64,000 nucleotides of DNA from the IMG/VR virus record IMGVR_UViG_3300027759_000002, positions 32,001 to 96,000 of that record. One strand, written 5' to 3'. Shown piece after piece: positions 30,701-39,378 of the stretch. A model generated the notes under the pieces. The model was not told the origin of the DNA and did not search any database. It saw nothing but the letters and a program-made list of their open reading frames with translations. The stretch is from a virus. Position 1 is the stretch's first letter, and every line of letters starts with the position of its first letter. A program made the position numbers and the translations under genes.

Positions 30701-31978
30701 GCTAATGCTGCCTTTAATGCGGCCAATAACTCAACAGATACTTGGGTAAGAACACAAGCAAACGCAGCATACAATGCAGCCAATTCTGGTGCATCATTTG
30801 CTAATGGTGCCTTCATAACAGCCAATGCAGCATATGCTTGGGGCAATCATGCTTCTGCTGGATATGCAACAACAACTTATGTTGGTAATGCAATTGCAAA
30901 TCTTGTAAACTCTGCGCCAACAACGTTAGATACATTAAATGAATTGGCAACTGCGTTAGGTAACGATGCCAACTTTAGCACAACAATTGCAACATCAATA
31001 GGTGTAACCAACTCATTTGCAAACGGTGCATTTCTAAGAGCCAATGCGTCTTATATTGCACAAAATACCACAGCAACATTTGCTAATGCAGCTTTTATAA
31101 CTGCTAATGCATCATATACAGCACAAAATACAACTGCTGGATTTGCTAACGCATCTTACATAACAGCCAATTCTGGTGCATTATTTGCTAACAGTGCCTT
31201 TGTAACCGCTAATGCTTCTTATGCCTCTCAGAATACCACAGCATCATTTGCTAATGGTGCTTTCGATAAAGCAAACTCAGCTGCATCATTCGCTAACGGT
31301 GCCTTTGTAACTGCTAACGCAGCCTTCAATGCAGCTAACAATGCAACGGATCCGTGGGTTAGAAATCAAGCCAACAACGCATACAATACAGCTAACGCAG
31401 CTTTCATAGCAGCCAATACTGCCGGTGGTGCAGACACTTGGGCAAGAGCGCAAGCAAATGCGGCTTACAATAAAGCAAACACCAGTTCTACTGCAACATT
31501 AACAGGTTTTGTTGATGTGTTTACTGGCGATGGTTCAAATTCAGCATTCACTTTGTCAACAACACCAGACAGTGAAAACATAATCTTTGTTTCTGTACAA
31601 GGTGTGATGCAACCTAAAACTTCTTATAGTTTATCAGGAAACATTTTAACATTTGATTCTGTTCCACCAAACACAGCATACATTGAAGTCACAACATTAT
31701 CAGGTACAAATATAAGTTCTAGTAGTTTAATATATAGAACATATACAGGCAACAATACTGCAACAAACTTTACAGTAACCTCTGGTGTAAATGTAAACAA
31801 TTTACTTGTTGCAGAAAACGGTATTTTACAGAGACCAACTACAGACTACACAGTATCTGGTGCAAACGTAGTATTTGCAACTGCGCCTGCCACTGGTGTT
31901 GATATTCAAGTGCGTGAATTAGCAGTTACAGTATCTTCAGCTGAAACATTAAGCCCATTTTTATTAATGGGTGGATAA
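27725..31978 (+). CDS. very long AN-heptad coiled-coil fibre with five 59-aa knob domains
   Basis: Dozens of ANSAASFANGAF units, five F(T/I)G.G...G..Q...Y.V.G..I.F knob domains, APTTLDTLNELATALGNDANF fibre motif. Ends SPFLLMGG. Confidence 0.8.
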   Translation: MEFTYIGNQDKKDVRLAGSFANGAFVTANSAASFANAAFARANAAYAQANTGGNFTASPVSVYSDAFTANGATSTFNLSTTPSSENYIIAVVDGITQLRSTYTVTGNVVYFDTTFENGANVEITTITGGGAVDPYASNTANAAYATANAAFLQANNSSTDTWVRTQANTAYDKANSAASFANGSFVVANSTSIFANASFDRANAAYAQANNSTDTWVRSQANNAFDTANSSASFANASFVTANASYLSQNTTAIFSNAAFDRANAAYAQANNSTDTWVRGQANNSYDKANSAGSFANGAFVTANSAASFANGAFTTSNTADSKATSAGSFANGAFDRANSSYTTANSGSSFANSSFVTANAAASFANGAFTQANTGVTISSLAFNHANAAYAQANTSGGADTFARAQANAAFSTANLAYSTIITASNTAALYYITRNFIGDGNTNNFSISSNTSANSILVFDNGITQNPITDYSVTGNTIIFVDTPANGTIIQVRELLSNVPVVTDNSNSAFNRANSSYSTANAAFNAANNSTDTWVRGQANNAFAAANSSGNFANASFITSNSAAVFANGAFDKANAAFNAANNSTDTWVRTQANTAYTAANSAASFANGAFVQANNAGSFANGAFVGANAAASFANGAFDRANSSYGVANTGSSFANGAFVVANSAASFANASFIVANSAASFANGAFVTANASYTSQNITAGFANASYTTANAVYVSQNITAGLANASFVTANASYTAQNTTASFANGAFVTANASYVAQNITAGFANAAFVTANASYASQNTTASFANGAFITANASYTSQNTTASFANSAFVTANAAFNAANTGSADAYARSTANAAFVTANLAYSTIITASNTASVYYITRNFTGDGNTNTFSISSNTTANSILVFDNGITQNPLTDYSVTGNTITFVDTPANGTIIQVRELLSNVPVVTDNSNSAFVRANSAYATANAAFLQANNSTDSWVRTQANNAYDKANSAGSFANGAFITANAAFNAANNSTDTWVRTQANAAYNAANSGASFANGAFITANAAYAWGNHASAGYATTTYVGNAIANLVNSAPTTLDTLNELATALGNDANFSTTIATSIGVTNSFANGAFLRANASYIAQNTTATFANAAFITANASYTAQNTTAGFANASYITANSGALFANSAFVTANASYASQNTTASFANGAFDKANSAASFANGAFVTANAAFNAANNATDPWVRNQANNAYNTANAAFIAANTAGGADTWARAQANAAYNKANTSSTATLTGFVDVFTGDGSNSAFTLSTTPDSENIIFVSVQGVMQPKTSYSLSGNILTFDSVPPNTAYIEVTTLSGTNISSSSLIYRTYTGNNTATNFTVTSGVNVNNLLVAENGILQRPTTDYTVSGANVVFATAPATGVDIQVRELAVTVSSAETLSPFLLMGG

Positions 31979-31987
31979 GGAAAGAAC

Positions 31988-32317
31988 ATGGCAATCACAT
32001 ACAAAGTTTTAGGACAATCAAACCCGCTGGCAACAACAGCAACAACACTTTATACGGTGCCAGCAGCAACAAGTGCAATAGCTTCAACTATTACTATTTG
32101 TAATCAATCGGCTAGTAATGATTTTTATAGAATTGCAATACGACCAGCAGGTGCAACATTGGATCCAAAACACTATATTGCATACAATGGTGCTATTCCA
32201 TCTTACGATAGTATCAGTTTAACAATTGGTATCACACTAGCTAGTACTGATATAGTTACAGTATATGCAGGTACTGCAAATCTAAGTTTCAACTTGTTTG
32301 GTTCGGAGATTAGTTAA
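31988..32317 (+). CDS. small adaptor-like protein (KVLGQSNP class)
   Basis: 109 aa. YKVLGQSNP..TTLYTVPA..YRIAIRP.G..HYIAY..FNLFGSEIS. Paralogue of 35074 and 47842. Confidence 0.7.
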   Translation: MAITYKVLGQSNPLATTATTLYTVPAATSAIASTITICNQSASNDFYRIAIRPAGATLDPKHYIAYNGAIPSYDSISLTIGITLASTDIVTVYAGTANLSFNLFGSEIS

Positions 32318-33282
32318 TGGTGGTAAAAACGCACAGCACAGAAAAACTTAGTGCTAAGGTTTTTAATAGCACAAGTATATCTAATCCATCAATACCAACA
32401 GCAAACGCAATTGAATATCTTGTCGTTGCTGGTGGTGGTGGCGGTGGTGCTTGGCTTGGTGGTGGCGGTGGTGCTGGTGGTTTTAAAACTGCAGCTGGTT
32501 TTGCAGTATCTCCTGGTGTATCATTAACAGTAACAATTGGTGCAGGTGGTGCTGGTGCAGCTGCATCAACAAACCTTGCAGGTGCGAACGGCACAAATTC
32601 ATCATTCTCAACAATTACATCTTTAGGCGGTGGTTATGGAGGATCGGGCATTGCAGGTAAAGGCGCATCAGGTGGTTCTGGCGGTGGAGGTTCTGATTCA
32701 GGAAGTGCTAGCGTAGCATCAGGTGGTGGTGCGGGCACCGCAGGACAAGGCAACAACGGTGGCGGTGGACTTGATGGATCAGGCGGCGCAGGCGGAGGTG
32801 GCGGTGGTGCTGGCGCTGCAGGTTCTAATGCTATAGCAGCATCTTTCCCTTCTGGTGGAAACGGCGGAGCTGGATTATCTTCATCAATAACCGGAACATC
32901 ATTGTATTATGCAGGCGGTGGTGGTGGCGGTTGTTATAATACTGGTGTAAAAGGTGGTGACGGCGGCGCAGGCGGTGGCGGTGGCGGTAGTACGTGGTCA
33001 GGCACAACTGCCGGCACTGGCGGTAGTAATGGTGGCGGCAACGGTAATGTAGGTGCTGTTGCAGGCGCAGGTGGTATTAATTCTGGCGGTGGCGGCGGAG
33101 GTTCTAATGGTACTGCAGGATATACTTCAAGTGGTGCAGGTACAGGTGGTTCAGGCATAGTTGTTATTCGTTATGCAGTTGATTATAAAGCAGCAACAGC
33201 AATTACCGGTTCACCAACAGTTACAGTTGCCGATGGTTACAGAGTTTATAAATGGACCAGTTCAGGTTCTATTACATTCTAA
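32317..33282 (+). CDS. glycine-rich domain protein (putative adhesin)
   Basis: EYLVVAGGGGGG..GGGGAGG..GGSGIVVIRY with many GGxG runs. Confidence 0.7.
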   Translation: MVVKTHSTEKLSAKVFNSTSISNPSIPTANAIEYLVVAGGGGGGAWLGGGGGAGGFKTAAGFAVSPGVSLTVTIGAGGAGAAASTNLAGANGTNSSFSTITSLGGGYGGSGIAGKGASGGSGGGGSDSGSASVASGGGAGTAGQGNNGGGGLDGSGGAGGGGGGAGAAGSNAIAASFPSGGNGGAGLSSSITGTSLYYAGGGGGGCYNTGVKGGDGGAGGGGGGSTWSGTTAGTGGSNGGGNGNVGAVAGAGGINSGGGGGGSNGTAGYTSSGAGTGGSGIVVIRYAVDYKAATAITGSPTVTVADGYRVYKWTSSGSITF

Positions 33283-33291
33283 GAAAATAAT

Positions 33292-34527
33292 ATGACACTC
33301 AAAATTACAACAGATAACATAGCAACAGCAGCACTAAATTCTTTAGGTGGTGGTATTAAGATATCATCTGTAACTTTTACAGGTAGTGCTACTGCTGCAA
33401 GGATAACCGGTGGTGAAACTGTAACAGTTAATGGTTCTGGTTTTAAAGCTGCTTCAATCGTTTATGTAAACGAAACTAGTTGTAACACCACCTATGTAAG
33501 TGGTGCAAGTTTAACATTTATAAGTCCAGCCAAAACTGCTGGTACATATAATGTCTATGTTTATAATGATGATGGTTCTTCTGGAATTAAACCTGCTGGT
33601 ATATCCTTTAGTGATGTGCCTATATGGTCAACTGCAAGTGGTTCTTTAGGTTCTTCATTTGTCGATGCAAGCACATCAATTACAATAAGTGCAAACAGTG
33701 ATACCACAATTGCTTACAGTGTTACATCAGGCAGTTTGCCAACAGGATTAAGTTTAAATTCAAGTACGGGTGTAATCTCTGGTACTACTACAGGTTCAGC
33801 TGCTACTTATAATTTTACAATTACAGCTACTGATGCTGAGTTACAAACAACTAGTAGAAGTTTTAGTATAAATGCTGTTACTGGTGTTGAATTAAAAACG
33901 CCAGCTGGCAAAACAAAACTACTAGGATTACAATTTAATGCTAGTGGTTTAACAGTAACAGGTTCTTACACAGTTACAACAGTAGGAACATTATCCTATC
34001 AATCAACTGGTGGTGTTAGTAATTCTGGTTTTGCAACTGGATGGGGAACAGGTACCTACTTAACAATAGACCAATTAACTGACAACTCATCAACAAGAAG
34101 TAAAACTTATGTTGCTTGGTATAAAGGCACGCAAAGTAATACTGGAGGTTCTTATTCACCTAGTGTTGGAATCTTTGCTAACACCGGAAATGCCACTTAT
34201 TGGGGTTTAGGTATGAGTAACGGAAAAATCACAGTAGCAAATGGAACAGATAATCAAGGAACAACTAGTGTTAACACAGGCAGCTGGGTTATGTTAGCAT
34301 GGGTTGTTAAATCCACTCTAAGAGTAGATTCTTATGTCAATGGAGTTAAAGAAACTTCTGCTAGTAATATTTTAGTTAATAGTAATTACATGGGAACAAA
34401 TTATATAGGAACACAATACCCTTATCCAGGTGTAGCATCTCCTACATCACTAGATGCAATTCAGATTATAGATGGTGAATTGACTGATTCAGAAATTCTT
34501 TCCATATATACCGGCACAGCGATTTAA
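33292..34527 (+). CDS. IPT/TIG + putative Ig (He_PIG-like) + ConA/LamG-like domain protein
   Basis: GGETVTVNGSGF..SLTFISPAKTAGTYNVYVYN (IPT). SGSLPTGLSLNSSTGVISGT..YNFTITATD (He_PIG). WVMLAWV..YVNG (LamG). Confidence 0.7.
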   Translation: MTLKITTDNIATAALNSLGGGIKISSVTFTGSATAARITGGETVTVNGSGFKAASIVYVNETSCNTTYVSGASLTFISPAKTAGTYNVYVYNDDGSSGIKPAGISFSDVPIWSTASGSLGSSFVDASTSITISANSDTTIAYSVTSGSLPTGLSLNSSTGVISGTTTGSAATYNFTITATDAELQTTSRSFSINAVTGVELKTPAGKTKLLGLQFNASGLTVTGSYTVTTVGTLSYQSTGGVSNSGFATGWGTGTYLTIDQLTDNSSTRSKTYVAWYKGTQSNTGGSYSPSVGIFANTGNATYWGLGMSNGKITVANGTDNQGTTSVNTGSWVMLAWVVKSTLRVDSYVNGVKETSASNILVNSNYMGTNYIGTQYPYPGVASPTSLDAIQIIDGELTDSEILSIYTGTAI

Positions 34528-34538
34528 AGGATTAAAAA

Positions 34539-34778
34539 ATGGCAACAAAAATCAACAGAAGAAACATAGACAACCAAACATTAATTGATTTAGGATATAC
34601 AAGTTCAGACACATTTACTCAGGTTAAATTTCCTTTGGGTGATTACGGTTCAGTAGCACAAGAAATTTTTGGTGGATTAGGTCTAGAACAGTATGGTAGA
34701 ATTTGGGATAATAAAACAACAATATCAGTTTTTTATCCAGATAGTTTAATCCCACTCGATGCGGGTTATTTAACATAA
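34539..34778 (+). CDS. small hypothetical linker protein
   Basis: 79 aa. MATKINRRNI start. Ends LDAGYLT. Confidence 0.55.
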   Translation: MATKINRRNIDNQTLIDLGYTSSDTFTQVKFPLGDYGSVAQEIFGGLGLEQYGRIWDNKTTISVFYPDSLIPLDAGYLT

Positions 34779-34781
34779 ATA
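34774..34781 (+). promoter_or_regulatory. T4-type late promoter (CATAAATA)
   Basis: Consensus match upstream of 34801. Confidence 0.55.
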
Positions 34782-34800
34782 CTTATATTAAGGAATATAA

Positions 34801-35070
34801 ATGGCTACACAACTACAATTTAGGCGAGGAACTACTGCACAGACCATAATCTTTACCGGAGCAACCGGAGAAGTTACTGTTGACACAACTAAAGGTGTGG
34901 TAGTCGTGCATGATGGTACAACTGTAGGTGGTACACCATCAGTCACCGAAGCATTTGCAAGGTCTTCCGCAAATACAGCAAATTCTTCATACGCAACCGC
35001 TAATGTTGCATTAGTAAACGCTAATGTTGCATTAACATATACAAACACTTTTTTATTAATGGGAGCTTAA
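34801..35070 (+). CDS. major tropism determinant N-terminal (Mtd-N)-like domain protein
   Basis: QLQFRRGTTAQ..FTGATGEVTVDT.K..VVVHDG.T.GG is the Mtd_N motif. Ends TFLLMGA. Confidence 0.75.
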   Translation: MATQLQFRRGTTAQTIIFTGATGEVTVDTTKGVVVVHDGTTVGGTPSVTEAFARSSANTANSSYATANVALVNANVALTYTNTFLLMGA

Positions 35071-35073
35071 CAA

Positions 35074-35403
35074 ATGCCATCGGTCTTAAAAATTTTAGGT
35101 CAATCTAATCCAGCACCAAATACTGCAACAACTCTTTACACAGTGCCAGCAGCAAACAGCACAGTAATTTCTACAATTTCAATTGCAAATTTGTCAGCAA
35201 ATACCACAGGTTTTAGAATTGCTTGTCGTCCAGCTGGTGCATCATTGGCCAATTCACAATACATTTCATACGACACAGTTTTAGGTGCAAGTGATACTGT
35301 TGCTTTGACATTAGGTTTAACACTAGCAGCAACTGATGTTCTTACTGTTTATGCTAACACAGGCAACGTTACCTTTAGTGCGTTTGGTTCGGAGAATTAC
35401 TAA
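35074..35403 (+). CDS. small adaptor-like protein (KILGQSNP class)
   Basis: 109 aa. Paralogue of 31988 and 47842. Confidence 0.7.
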   Translation: MPSVLKILGQSNPAPNTATTLYTVPAANSTVISTISIANLSANTTGFRIACRPAGASLANSQYISYDTVLGASDTVALTLGLTLAATDVLTVYANTGNVTFSAFGSENY

Positions 35404-36296
35404 TGGCAATTAAAAAATCTTCCTTAAGTGGATTAGCTTTTAATAGGACTATATCTTACCAGCAACCAGTCGCTTCAGCTGGCGGTGGTGGCGGTGCTGT
35501 CACAGTTGGACCTACGGCCACAGGTGGTACAGTTACTACATTTATAGATGCAAATAATGCAACTTACAAAGTACATACATTCACATCAAGTGGTTCATTT
35601 GTAGTAAGTTCTTTAGGTGCATCCAATAATAGTATTGAATTGTTAGTTGTGGGTGCTGGTAGTGGTGGCCATACGAGTACAACCGGTGGTGCTGGTGGCC
35701 AAGTAAAATATTATGGTGCAGAAAATTCAAATCTTTTTACTAGAGATATAGCTGTTGAGGGTTCAGCACTAGCAACTTTAGCAGCAGCAACATACACAGT
35801 AACAATTGGTGGTGGCCAAGCAGCTGGGACTGTTGGTACTGCAACATCATCTTCTTTTATCGGAACAGGCATAAGTGTAACATCGACTGGTGGATCAAAT
35901 CCACAAAGCGGACAAACCAGTTGGATATATTCTATCAGTGGCAATGGTTTCCAAACAGGTACATCAGGTAGCAATTATTATTCACACGGTGGTTCTGGTG
36001 CAGCAGGCCGAGGAAGTCCCCTTGGTGGTGATGTAGGTGGTGGAGGTGGACCTCCACAATATTTTATGATAAAAGGAAACACAGTTACATTTGTTGGTGG
36101 CGGCGGCGGTATTGGAATTAATAGTGGATATGGACAAAACTATGAAAGATACAGAGGAATTGGTGGCCAAGGTGCCGGTAGAGCAGATGAAACTGGTGTA
36201 GCTAACATGGGTGGCGGTGGCGGCGCAGGCTGGAATGGCAGCGGTGCAAAAGCTGGTGGTTCAGGTATTGTAATTGTTAAATATAGAATTTCTTAA
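35403..36296 (+). CDS. glycine-rich domain protein (putative adhesin)
   Basis: YKVHTFTSSGSF..ELLVVGAG..GGSGIVIVKY. Confidence 0.7.
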   Translation: MAIKKSSLSGLAFNRTISYQQPVASAGGGGGAVTVGPTATGGTVTTFIDANNATYKVHTFTSSGSFVVSSLGASNNSIELLVVGAGSGGHTSTTGGAGGQVKYYGAENSNLFTRDIAVEGSALATLAAATYTVTIGGGQAAGTVGTATSSSFIGTGISVTSTGGSNPQSGQTSWIYSISGNGFQTGTSGSNYYSHGGSGAAGRGSPLGGDVGGGGGPPQYFMIKGNTVTFVGGGGGIGINSGYGQNYERYRGIGGQGAGRADETGVANMGGGGGAGWNGSGAKAGGSGIVIVKYRIS

Positions 36297-36305
36297 GAGG
36301 TAAAA

Positions 36306-36686
36306 ATGGCACATTTCGCACAAATAGATGAAAACAACATCGTAACAAAAGTTCTAGTAATAGAACAAGATGTGATTGATACAGGTTTATTCGGAGAACC
36401 TAGTTCTTTCGTACAAACAAGTTACAACACACATGCCGGTGTACACACATTAGGTGGAACACCATTGAGAAAGAATTATGCTGGTACAGGATATACTTAT
36501 GACTCAGGTCGTGATGCATTCATACCACCTAAACCATATAATAGTTGGACATTAGTAGAAGACACTTGTTTGTGGACTGCGCCAGTCGCTATGCCTACAG
36601 ATGGTAAAGTGTATAGTTGGGATGAAGAAACACTTTCATGGAAAGATATCTCTGACGGAGAATCAACACCAGTAGTAACTGTTTAA
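36306..36686 (+). CDS. conserved phage tail-associated small protein (MAHFAQ family)
   Basis: MAHFAQIDENNIV..QTSYN..LRKNYAG.GYTYD..RDAFIPPKPY.SW motif, which I recognise next to Gly-rich genes in aquatic phages. Confidence 0.6.
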   Translation: MAHFAQIDENNIVTKVLVIEQDVIDTGLFGEPSSFVQTSYNTHAGVHTLGGTPLRKNYAGTGYTYDSGRDAFIPPKPYNSWTLVEDTCLWTAPVAMPTDGKVYSWDEETLSWKDISDGESTPVVTV

Positions 36687-36701
36687 AAGGTTTATATTAT
36701 T

Positions 36702-37079
36702 ATGTCATCGCATGAACTTGGTTATTTTGGAAACATTTGGGTTAGACAACATGTTTTGGAAAGAAAGGAAGATAAAGCTCCTGGCCACAAACATTTTTTT
36801 GACCATGTAACGTTACTAACAAAAGGTAAAGTAGAAGTTACTGTTGAAGGTAAAGAACCAAAACAATTCACCGCACCAACTTTTATTATTATTAAAAAAG
36901 AACAAGAACATAAAATTGTTGCTTTAGAAGATGACACAATTTATTATTGTGTATTTGCTTTAAGAAATATTGATGGGGAAGTGGTTGAAGATATTTATGG
37001 AGAACAGCATGATCCCAATTCAGCACAAACATGTCCAGAAGATTATTGGGAAAAAGTAAAAAAGATTGAAAACATTTAA
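36702..37079 (+). CDS. cupin-fold protein
   Basis: GHKHFFDHVTLLTKGKVEV..FTAPTFIII.KE.EH.I.ALED.T..YC. Paralogue of 52554. Confidence 0.7.
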   Translation: MSSHELGYFGNIWVRQHVLERKEDKAPGHKHFFDHVTLLTKGKVEVTVEGKEPKQFTAPTFIIIKKEQEHKIVALEDDTIYYCVFALRNIDGEVVEDIYGEQHDPNSAQTCPEDYWEKVKKIENI

Positions 37080-37100
37080 GAGATATCACTTCAATAAAAA

Positions 37101-38033
37101 ATGTCACTATTAAAAATAAAACCATTTATTATAGATGATACAACTGCAAGTGATGCATTTGTACGGGCTAATGCAGCCTTTGGCCAAGCAAACACGGCAG
37201 CTGCATTTGCAAATGGTTCCTTTGATAGAGCTAATGCGGCATTCAATACAGCCAATAATGCAACCGACAGCTGGGTTAGAACACAGGCCAACAACGCATT
37301 TAATTCAGCCAACTCCGGTGCAACATTTGCTAATGCATCATTTACAACCGCAAACTCCGGTGCAACATTTGCTAACGGTGCTTTCTTAAGAGCAAATTCA
37401 AGTTACGAACAATCAAACAATGCAGCCTCATTTGCTAATGGTGCCTTTGCTTCTGTTAATTCTAGTGCCTCATTTGCGAACAGTTCTTTCATAACAGCCA
37501 ATGCAGCTGCATCGTTTGCTAACGGTGCTTTCGATAGGGCTAATTCCAGTTATGGAGTTGCAAACACAGGTTCTTCTTTTGCAAATGGTGCTTTCTTACA
37601 AGCAAACAATGCAGGTTCATTTGCTAACGGTGCTTTTGTAACTGCAAATGCTGCGGCCAGTTTTGCTAATGGTGCTTTTGATAGGGCTAATGCTGCCTAT
37701 GCTCAGGCAAATACAGGTTCCACAGATACATGGGTGAGAAACCAAGCCAACAATGCATACAGTACTGCTAATGCAGCCTTCTTAAAAGCAAATACTGGTG
37801 GAGCAGGCATCACCTATACTGCATCAAACACTGCACCAACAAGTCCGAAAGTGGGAGACCAATGGTACATAATTGCAACAGACATTCTTTATGAATATAT
37901 AAACGATGGCACAAGTAACAATTGGGTAGATATAGTATCACCAACATTTTCAAACACAACTACTGCATCTTCAACAACAAGTTCCACAAATAATGCCAGG
38001 GTTGTTGGGTATTCATTAGTATTCGGAGGATAA
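37101..38033 (+). CDS. AN-heptad fibre protein
   Basis: AN repeats, then APTSPKVGDQWY..LYEYINDG..WVD domain. Ends YSLVFGG. Confidence 0.7.
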   Translation: MSLLKIKPFIIDDTTASDAFVRANAAFGQANTAAAFANGSFDRANAAFNTANNATDSWVRTQANNAFNSANSGATFANASFTTANSGATFANGAFLRANSSYEQSNNAASFANGAFASVNSSASFANSSFITANAAASFANGAFDRANSSYGVANTGSSFANGAFLQANNAGSFANGAFVTANAAASFANGAFDRANAAYAQANTGSTDTWVRNQANNAYSTANAAFLKANTGGAGITYTASNTAPTSPKVGDQWYIIATDILYEYINDGTSNNWVDIVSPTFSNTTTASSTTSSTNNARVVGYSLVFGG

Positions 38034-38034
38034 A

Positions 38035-38391
38035 ATGGCCGCACCAAATTTAATCAGTGCAAATACAATAACAGGCAAGACTGCCACAGCAAACTGTACA
38101 ACCGTATCATCAAATGTTATTACTGTTTCAGCTAATACAGTTGTAAAATTAAATTCAATAATTTTTACAAACTATAATAACTCAGATGTGGTTTCTGCTA
38201 ATGCAATAATCAATCGTAGTGGCACAACATATTTCTTAGGTGCAAAAGTTAACGTACCTCCAAATTCAACATTAGTTTTATTAGGTAAAGATAGTCCAAT
38301 TTATTTGGAAGAAAATGATGTGTTGCAAACTGTTGTGAGCGCAAACTCAGCAATACACATGTCAGCGGGTTATGAATTAATTACTATCTAA
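38035..38391 (+). CDS. small adaptor-like protein (MAAPN class)
   Basis: 118 aa. MAAPNLISANTITGKT..VPPNSTLVLLGK..IYLEE.D.L. Confidence 0.65.
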   Translation: MAAPNLISANTITGKTATANCTTVSSNVITVSANTVVKLNSIIFTNYNNSDVVSANAIINRSGTTYFLGAKVNVPPNSTLVLLGKDSPIYLEENDVLQTVVSANSAIHMSAGYELITI

Positions 38392-38392
38392 A

Positions 38393-39346
38393 ATGAGAAC
38401 AAGAAGTAATTTTGGTATCATAGGTACAACACAAACAATATTAGGTAGTTCTAGTGGTGGTGTATACTCTGCTGATGACCAAAGAATAGCTAAAGCTGCA
38501 GGCAATTGGCCTGCGCCAAGAATCAACATACAAGCACTTATTGTTGCAGGTGGTGGAGGTGGTGGAGGTTCCGTTAATTATTCGGGAGGCGGCGGTGCTG
38601 GTGGATTACTGTATGGTACCATAATAGTTTCAGCTGGAGCATATACTGTTACAGTTGGTGCTGGCGGAGGCACAAATGCAAGCGGTTCAAACAGTTTAAT
38701 TACATGTCCATCATCAGTTTCTTTTGTTGCATCTGATGGATCAATTGTCGGCACATCAATTACTGCAATAGGTGGTGGTCGTGGTGGTTATTATGCCACT
38801 TACAGTGGTCTTGGTGGCGATGGTGGTTCTGGTGGTGGCGGTGGTCATGGGTCAAATGCAGGTGGCGCAGGTACTGTTGGTCCTCCTAGACAAGGATATG
38901 GTGGCGGTACAGGATTCAACGCAGCATCTGCAAGTGCTGGTGCAGGTGGTGGTGCAGGTGGTGCTGGTGCATCAGGTACAGTAAATAGTAATGGCGCAGC
39001 TGGCGGTGTTGGATTATCTTTTAATATATCAGGAACATCAACCTATTATGCAGGCGGTGGTGGTGGCGGTGTAGAAAATATTAGCGCTTACGCAGGTGGT
39101 GCAGGTGGTCTTGGTGGTGGCGGACGTGGCGCTGGTAACAATGGCGGTCAACAAAATGGCACAGTTAATACAGGCGGTGGTGCCGGTGGCGGTGGTAGTG
39201 CCACTACAGGTGGTTCTGGTATTGTAATCATACGGTTTGCAGATTCTAATCCGGCAGTTACAGCAACATCAGGTTCACCAACATACACAGTAGCAGGTGG
39301 TTATAGAGTTTATGTATTTAATGCTTCAGGCTCCATTACGTTCTAA
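38393..39346 (+). CDS. glycine-rich domain protein (putative adhesin)
   Basis: MRTRSNFGIIG start, ALIVAGGGGGG..GGSGIVIIRF..GYRVYVFNASGSITF. Confidence 0.7.
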   Translation: MRTRSNFGIIGTTQTILGSSSGGVYSADDQRIAKAAGNWPAPRINIQALIVAGGGGGGGSVNYSGGGGAGGLLYGTIIVSAGAYTVTVGAGGGTNASGSNSLITCPSSVSFVASDGSIVGTSITAIGGGRGGYYATYSGLGGDGGSGGGGGHGSNAGGAGTVGPPRQGYGGGTGFNAASASAGAGGGAGGAGASGTVNSNGAAGGVGLSFNISGTSTYYAGGGGGGVENISAYAGGAGGLGGGGRGAGNNGGQQNGTVNTGGGAGGGGSATTGGSGIVIIRFADSNPAVTATSGSPTYTVAGGYRVYVFNASGSITF

Positions 39347-39352
39347 TAAATA
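39345..39352 (+). promoter_or_regulatory. T4-type late promoter (AATAAATA)
   Basis: Consensus match at the stop codon, upstream of 39379. Confidence 0.5.
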
Positions 39353-39378
39353 TTCATAATACAACAGAGATATTTTAA

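Noticed and set aside
34801-35070. Diversity-generating retroelement suggested by the Mtd-N domain
   Set aside because: No reverse transcriptase or Avd gene in the window. The repeat pairs found are identical or differ without adenine specificity. Only the N-terminal anchor of Mtd is present. A DGR elsewhere in the genome cannot be excluded.
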